A stretch of 64,000 nt of DNA from an uncultured Chloroflexia bacterium. Lineage in GTDB: Bacteria > Chloroflexota > Anaerolineae > Promineifilales > Promineifilaceae. The notes under the pieces are model-generated. The model saw only the letters and a program-made list of their open reading frames with translations, made no database searches and was not told where the DNA came from. A program made the position numbers and the translations under genes. Of this stretch, positions 58,422 to 64,000 are shown piece by piece. The first letter of the stretch is position 1. The number at the start of each line of letters is the position of its first letter. The stretch is from assembly GCA_963695535.1 (NCBI GenBank), contig CAVOGT010000010.1, positions 58,738 to 122,737 of the forward strand, given 5' to 3'.

Positions 58422-59923
58422 ATTGATACTCCTTTTGAGCCGACCATTTTCGGCGTGCCCCACACTTGCATCAATCGGACATAGAACCACACCATTGTGG
58501 CCATCCCTTCAACCGGGATACGCTCATCAATGCCATGTTCCAGGCCGCGAAAACTCTCATCCATCACCAGTGAGGTAAAGCGATAGATGTGATCACATAC
58601 CGGCACAAAATGTTGGCAGTCTGTGCCGCCCAGCATCACAAACGGGGCCACGGGTGGGTTGTCGAATACCTCGCCAATGACCTGACTGAGCCCCTCGTAG
58701 GCAGGCCCGCTGCTGGGTGAAATCGGCAGGGCCTCATTGAACTTGCCTTCGACGGGATTGATCTCGACCCGCTCGTCATCAATGGTGCGGCGGGCGTATT
58801 CCAACACTTCCGCAATCGTATCACCCGGCAGTAAACGAAAGTTGACGATCGCTTTGGCCTCTGACGGAACGGTGTTGTCTTCCACACCGCCCTGCACGAT
58901 GGTCAGGGCTGTCGTCGTGCGGATGCTGGCGTTCATCTCCGGGTTGGCCGTCAACCAGCGGCGCAACCACGGGCCAAAGAGCCACACATTGGCAAACGCT
59001 ACCTGGAGATAGATGGGCACTGCCCGTCCAATCCCGTGATACATGGGCCGCAGCCGGCGCACATGGGTCGGCATGGGGTGGGCCTCCAGACGAGCCAACG
59101 CCCGGGCCAGGATGCCTATCGCCGTTTGCGGCGGCGGCGTCGAGGAGTGCCCGGCTGGCCGTGGACCGTTAGCTCAACCGTTAAGTACCCTTTTCGCTGA
59201 CGGCCACCAAAGCCACGTCTCCGCGTATGCCGGGGGCCAACCCGGCGCTGATGCCACCACCTTCGTCCACAATGCCCGCCAATCGTACGCCGCGATCGAG
59301 CATCATCTGCGCCCATGACCTTGCAACCGTTGGTGCCTCCGGTCTCCTCGTCATGACCCAGACCAAATAGAATGGTTCGTTCCGGCCGGAAAGCCCTGGC
59401 TCAGCAGGACCTCGGCTCCTTCCATGATGCCGATGAGCTGGTTCTTGATGTCCAGCGTCCCCCGCCCCCAAATGAAGCCATCGACGATAGCGCCATCGAA
59501 GGGTGGATGTGTCCATTGTGCCAGCGTGGCCGGATCGGCCGAGACCACATCCTGATGGGCCATCAGCATGACCGGCTCCAGGCTCGGGTCAGTGCCTTCC
59601 CAGGTGTAGAGTAAGGCTGTAGCCACTGATAACCTCGCGCTTCAGCATCTTGTGGACCAGCGGGTACGTATCGCTGAGCACTTGGTGCAGCCGGTCGAAT
59701 GCGGCCGGATCCGGCGTGCCCTGGTCATCGCGCGGCACGGTCTCGCATTGGATTACGGCCGACAGATGGTGGGCGACCATGGCCGAATCGAGCGGCATCC
59801 GTGGGCTGGACGGGTGTCGAACGCCTGCCGGCGCCGGGCAAAAGACGGCTGTTCGCACCACCACGTACACGGTGGTTACCAGCAAAATGCCCAGGACAAC
59901 ATAAGAACAAGGGTAGATAACAT
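58418..59923 (-). CDS. M20 family peptidase (PM20D1/carboxypeptidase S-like), N-terminally anchored; multiple frameshifts
   Basis: [47 protein letters not shown]. Confidence 0.85.
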
Positions 59924-60014
59924 TACTTGCTCAGGCCTACTATTGTGTTGCTTTCGCTGTTCATTCTAGCGATCCGGTTCCGAGTAGCGATTGATCCTAC
60001 GGCGCGGTCTGGGC

Positions 60015-60071
60015 GAGAAGACAGCAGCCATCTCCGAAACCGGCGGTCTCCGAGCGGACTGCTGTCTTCTC
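60015..60071. terminator. Hairpin between arcB and the M20 peptidase gene
   Basis: GAGAAGACAGCAG...CTGCTGTCTTCTC inverted repeat. Confidence 0.5.
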
Positions 60072-60085
60072 AACCGTCACAGTCT

Positions 60086-61088
60086 CTAGTCTCCTAGCGT
60101 CGCCACCATGATGGCTTTGATCGTGTGCATGCGGTTCTCGGCCTGGGCAAAGACGATGGAGCGCTCGGATTCGAACAACTCCTCGGTCACTTCCAGGCTA
60201 TCCAGACCCGTGTGCTGGTACATCTCTTCGCCAACCTTGGTGTCGCGATTGTGGAAGGCGGGCAAGCAGTGCATGAACTTGACGTTCGGGTTGCCGGTCT
60301 TCTTGACTGCTTCCATGTTGACCTGGTATGGCTTCAGGAGCTTGATGCGCTCGTCCCAGACTTCCTTGGCCTCGCCCATGGACACCCACACATCGGTGTA
60401 GAGGAAGTCCACGCCCTTGACACCTTCGTCCACACTGTCGGTGATGGTTAGGCGGGCGCCGGTTTCGGCGGCAATGGCCCGGCACGTCTCGACCAGGCTT
60501 TCCTCCGGCCAGAGCGCCTTGGGGGCGCACAGGCGGACGTCCATGCCCAGCTTGCAGCCGGTCACCATCAGCGAATTGCCCATGTTATTGCGGGCATCGC
60601 CCATGTAGCAGTAGGCGATATCGCCCAGGTGCTTGTCGCTGTGCTCCATCATCGTCAGGATGTCACAGATCATCTGGGTGGGGTGGAACTGATCCGTCAG
60701 GCCGTTCCATACCGGCACGCCGGCGTTCTCGGCCAGAATCTCGACCAGCTCCTGTCCGAAGCCACGATACTCGATGCCGTCATACATGCGACCCAGAACG
60801 CGGGCCGTGTCCTTCATCGACTCTTTGTGGCCAATCTGCGTGCCCGACGGCCCCAGATAGGTGACGTGGGCGCCCTGGTCATAGGCGGCCACTTCAAACG
60901 CGCACCGCGTGCGGGTCGAGGTCTTCTCGAAGATGAGGGCGATGTTCTTGCCCGTCAGACGTCGGACGTTCGAAACCACCGTACTTGGCGGCCTTGAGGT
61001 CGGCCGAAAGCTTCAGCAAGAACTTCAGCTCTTCCGGCGTGAAGTCCAGTTCCTTAACGAAACTCCGATTGCGAATATTGAAAGCCAT
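60086..61088 (-). CDS. arcB: Catabolic ornithine carbamoyltransferase (frameshift near 60970)
   Basis: [32 protein letters not shown]. Confidence 0.95.
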
Positions 61089-61191
61089 TGCTAATTCTCC
61101 TTGTGGGTTGCAGGCTCTAATAGAAGCCTGTTCTATTTGGTCTCTTACTTACTATAACTCTTTGGTCTGCTTGAAAGGTACGACTACTTGT

Positions 61192-61234
61192 GCCAACCGG
61201 ATGGTTGACCTAGTAGGGCAACCATCCGGTTGGC
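61192..61234. terminator. Hairpin between the transporter gene and arcB
   Basis: GCCAACCGGATGGTTG...CAACCATCCGGTTGGC, perfect 16-bp stem. Confidence 0.55.
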
Positions 61235-61244
61235 TCAGATTGGT

Positions 61245-62748
61245 TTACGCTCCCACCAGCACACCGATGGTTAGGGTGGCCATAACCACAACCACCAGCA
61301 TGATGGCCAGAGGGATGGCGAACTTCCACCAGGTGTTGAGCGGAATACGGCCGATTGCCAACGCGCCGGTTACCACCGCGAAGGTGGGTGTCAGCAGGTT
61401 GAGCAAACCGGAGGCCGACTGATAGGCCGTGACGATCAGATGCTCGGGCACACCGACAAACGACCCCAGGGGCGCCATAATCGGCATGGTCACTGTGGCC
61501 AGGCCCGACGACGACGGAATCAGGAAAGCCAGCGGCAGGTAGGCCAAGAACACCCCATTGATGAACGGCACCGGCGCCAGCCCGGCGATCAGGTTGGCCA
61601 GCCAGTCGAGAATCGTATCGATGATCAGGCCGTTGTTCATGAGCACCGAGATACCGCGCGCCAGGGCGATGACCAGGGCCACACCAAGAAGATCGCGGGC
61701 GCCGTCGATGAAGTTGTTCACAATGCTTTCTTCACCCATGCCGCCGACCAACCCGATGACAATGGCGAAGAACAAGAACAGTGCCGTCAACTCCGTGAAC
61801 CACCAGCCCAATGACGGGATTGGCAGACCCATGGCGTCCCAGGGAATGACGCTGTAGATCATGATGAGAAAGGCCAGCACGAACAGCCCCAGACGCTATC
61901 TTGCGCCGCGTGGTGAACTCCACAATCTCAGTCTGGGATGTATCGCCCAGGAAGAGCGCACGGTTGGCCTCGGCGCGATCGGCCACGTAGGATGCCGAGG
62001 GGTCGGCGTGGACCTTCTTGGCGTAACGCAGCACCCACCACATGCCCAGGAGCGTGCCCACCACGAGAATAATCACGCGGTAAGCAATGCCGTCTCCCAG
62101 CGGAATCCCGGCAATGCCCGAGGCGATACCTGTGGCAAATGGATTGACCGTGGACCCCAGCACGCCAATGCCGGCGCCCAACAGCACAATGGCCACGCCG
62201 ACCAACGCGTCGAATCCAAGCGCGATCAGCGTCGATATGATCAGGAAGTAGAAGGCCAGACTCTCTTCAGCCATGCCATAGCTGGTGCCGCCCGCGGCAA
62301 AGACAGCCATCAAGGCAATGATGAGCAGCGAGGCCTTCTTGCCGAGCTTGCTCACGACATAGCCAATGCCCGCATCAACCGCGCCGGTCTTCATCGTGAT
62401 GCCCAGGAAGCCACCAATCACCATGACGAAGAACGCCACATCAATGGCGCCGTAGAGCGCACCGACATTGTAGGTGCTGATCTGCCCATCGGCGTCCTGG
62501 ATTCCGTACATACCGTTGATCGGTGCGATGAGGACATCGAAGAAGCCCTGCTCGTTGGCGTCTACAGGATGATAGGTGCCGGGAATGGGTTCGCCTTCGG
62601 CGTTACGATCGTACTGCCCCGGCGGGACAAGCCATGTCAGGGCGGCCACGACCACTAATAAGAAGGCCAGGACGGTATAGGCTGTGGGAAACTTGAAGCC
62701 GCCCTTCTTCTCTTCTACTCCCGGTTCAGCAACACTATTCGCAGTCAT
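61245..62748 (-). CDS. YfcC-family (ArcD-like) basic amino acid antiporter (frameshift near 61890)
   Basis: FPTAYTVL, GTSYGMAEE, STVNPFATGIA, IPSSSGLA; position at the head of the arc genes. Confidence 0.88.
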
Positions 62749-62796
62749 CTGATTATTCTCCTTATTTGATCGCACACAGATCGGTTGAGCCGCGGT

Positions 62797-63900
62797 TCAT
62801 TTCGCCGGAACCTCTGTGTGCCCGTTTGCTGCCATGCTTTCCCCGATCTGCGCGTTGCGCGACGGGACAGGAAACGTTTGTTCTTGGCCGATATGGACGG
62901 GCTGAGCAGCCATCATGGATTCGTAATAATGGTGCAGCCAGCTATTGGACCAGCCAAACAGGCGTGATTTAATAACAATGTCTTGAACCTCGGCCCGACT
63001 GATCTTGGCCGCGCTGGTCATCACCAGCGGATTGTCACGGCACACGGCCAGCGTCCGCGCCGCAAACAGGAACGGCCACATCAAGGACAGTCGCAGGCTG
63101 TGGTCGGTGCGCGGAAAACTGACGACGTACTCGTACCCGTAGTCCAGATGGCGGCCGGCCTTCTCAACGAGCAAGTCAACCACCTGCATCGCCTGAGTCC
63201 GGTATTGTGGGTCAAACAGCGTCTCGCGCGTTAACCCGAATGGTTCGTAGTAGGACTGCGGCACGAACACCCAGCCGCGATCACGATCGTTGCCCAGACC
63301 GCGCAGGATGTTGACCGTCTGCAGCGCCAGCCCGCATTGGCGTGAAAGCGGCATCAGCCTGTCGTAGCGCGCCCGAACCGCCGGTGAATAGAGCACGTAC
63401 AGATCGGTCACCAGATAGCCCACGCGGCCGGCCACTTCGTGCATGTAGTCGTCGAGGGCGATCTCGTCTTCGATGTACGGGCCATGCTCCTGCCATCGCG
63501 CCATGCCGACGGACGTCGCCACAACATGTTGACGCACAGGCTCCTGGAAGCGATCAGGCATGTCGTTGAGCCAGTCGACGATGAGCGGCGCATTGCGGAT
63601 GGCGGAAGTTTCCACTGTCTGATCGGGCAGCTCCGCCGCCAGGTGGGTAAGCGTCGCAACGGGCGCGCCCTCGTCCAGAATGGTCGCCCATTGGCGCAAC
63701 ATCAACACCTTGTGTTCGCTCGATAGGTCGGGATGGTCCTCGATGCTATCGGACACGCGGAACAGCAGGTAGCCGATGCTCATCGCGTCGCGCAGAACAT
63801 GCGGCAAGACCTCGATTGACAAAGCAAAGGTCCGACTTACCTCGCGCACCATGGTGGTGCGAAGCTCTTGTTCGCCGCGGGCTGTCAGTCCATTGGCCAT
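62797..63900 (-). CDS. Squalene/phytoene synthase family protein
   Basis: VSRTF, RVSDSIED, YMHEVAGRVG, GLALQTVNILR. Confidence 0.85.
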   Translation of the reverse strand: MANGLTARGEQELRTTMVREVSRTFALSIEVLPHVLRDAMSIGYLLFRVSDSIEDHPDLSSEHKVLMLRQWATILDEGAPVATLTHLAAELPDQTVETSAIRNAPLIVDWLNDMPDRFQEPVRQHVVATSVGMARWQEHGPYIEDEIALDDYMHEVAGRVGYLVTDLYVLYSPAVRARYDRLMPLSRQCGLALQTVNILRGLGNDRDRGWVFVPQSYYEPFGLTRETLFDPQYRTQAMQVVDLLVEKAGRHLDYGYEYVVSFPRTDHSLRLSLMWPFLFAARTLAVCRDNPLVMTSAAKISRAEVQDIVIKSRLFGWSNSWLHHYYESMMAAQPVHIGQEQTFPVPSRNAQIGESMAANGHTEVPAK

Positions 63901-64000
63901 GACGTCACATCTTCATTGGAATCAGTGCTTGCTCAAACTCATCAGCCTAGCGGTCAAGACCCTCAGCATCTTGTCCGTCCACCGGGATGGGGGCCGGGAC

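Overview
GC-rich bacterial chromosomal window, most consistent with Chloroflexota (Anaerolineae/Ardenticatenales-like). That placement is an inference from a C-terminal LFLPAV-type motif, Pro/Thr-linker surface proteins, SpoVS and a GAAC-N4-GTTC-type LexA box. Many conserved genes are broken by single-base frameshifts, most likely long-read consensus errors. From left to right the window holds: an SDR-like gene, tRNA-Val(GAC), hom, ppx, arsR-arsM, ssb, a cell-envelope block (two paralogous TolB-like propeller proteins, a lipoprotein, PBP2, a glycoside hydrolase, murJ), and ftsH. An ~18 kb glycerol/dihydroxyacetone region follows: SorC-type regulator, acetoin-dehydrogenase-like E1a/E1b/E2, IMPase, dhaR, glpF-dhaK-dhaL-glpK, glpA plus sdhBCD-like genes, a methyltransferase, and a trimodular dhaM. 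After it come a sulfur-related block (TauE, DUF6062-like, anSME, SulP), a P-type ATPase, ppk2, an arginine deiminase operon and a squalene-synthase-like gene. The best candidate for an undescribed system is at 35.5-38.3 kb. There a short GlpA-type glycerol-3-phosphate dehydrogenase, with no glpB/glpC, sits in place of SdhA ahead of complex-II-type SdhB/SdhC/SdhD genes, suggesting a hybrid G3P:quinone oxidoreductase. No CRISPR array, rRNA or transposase was seen. All family assignments come from motif recognition, not database searches.
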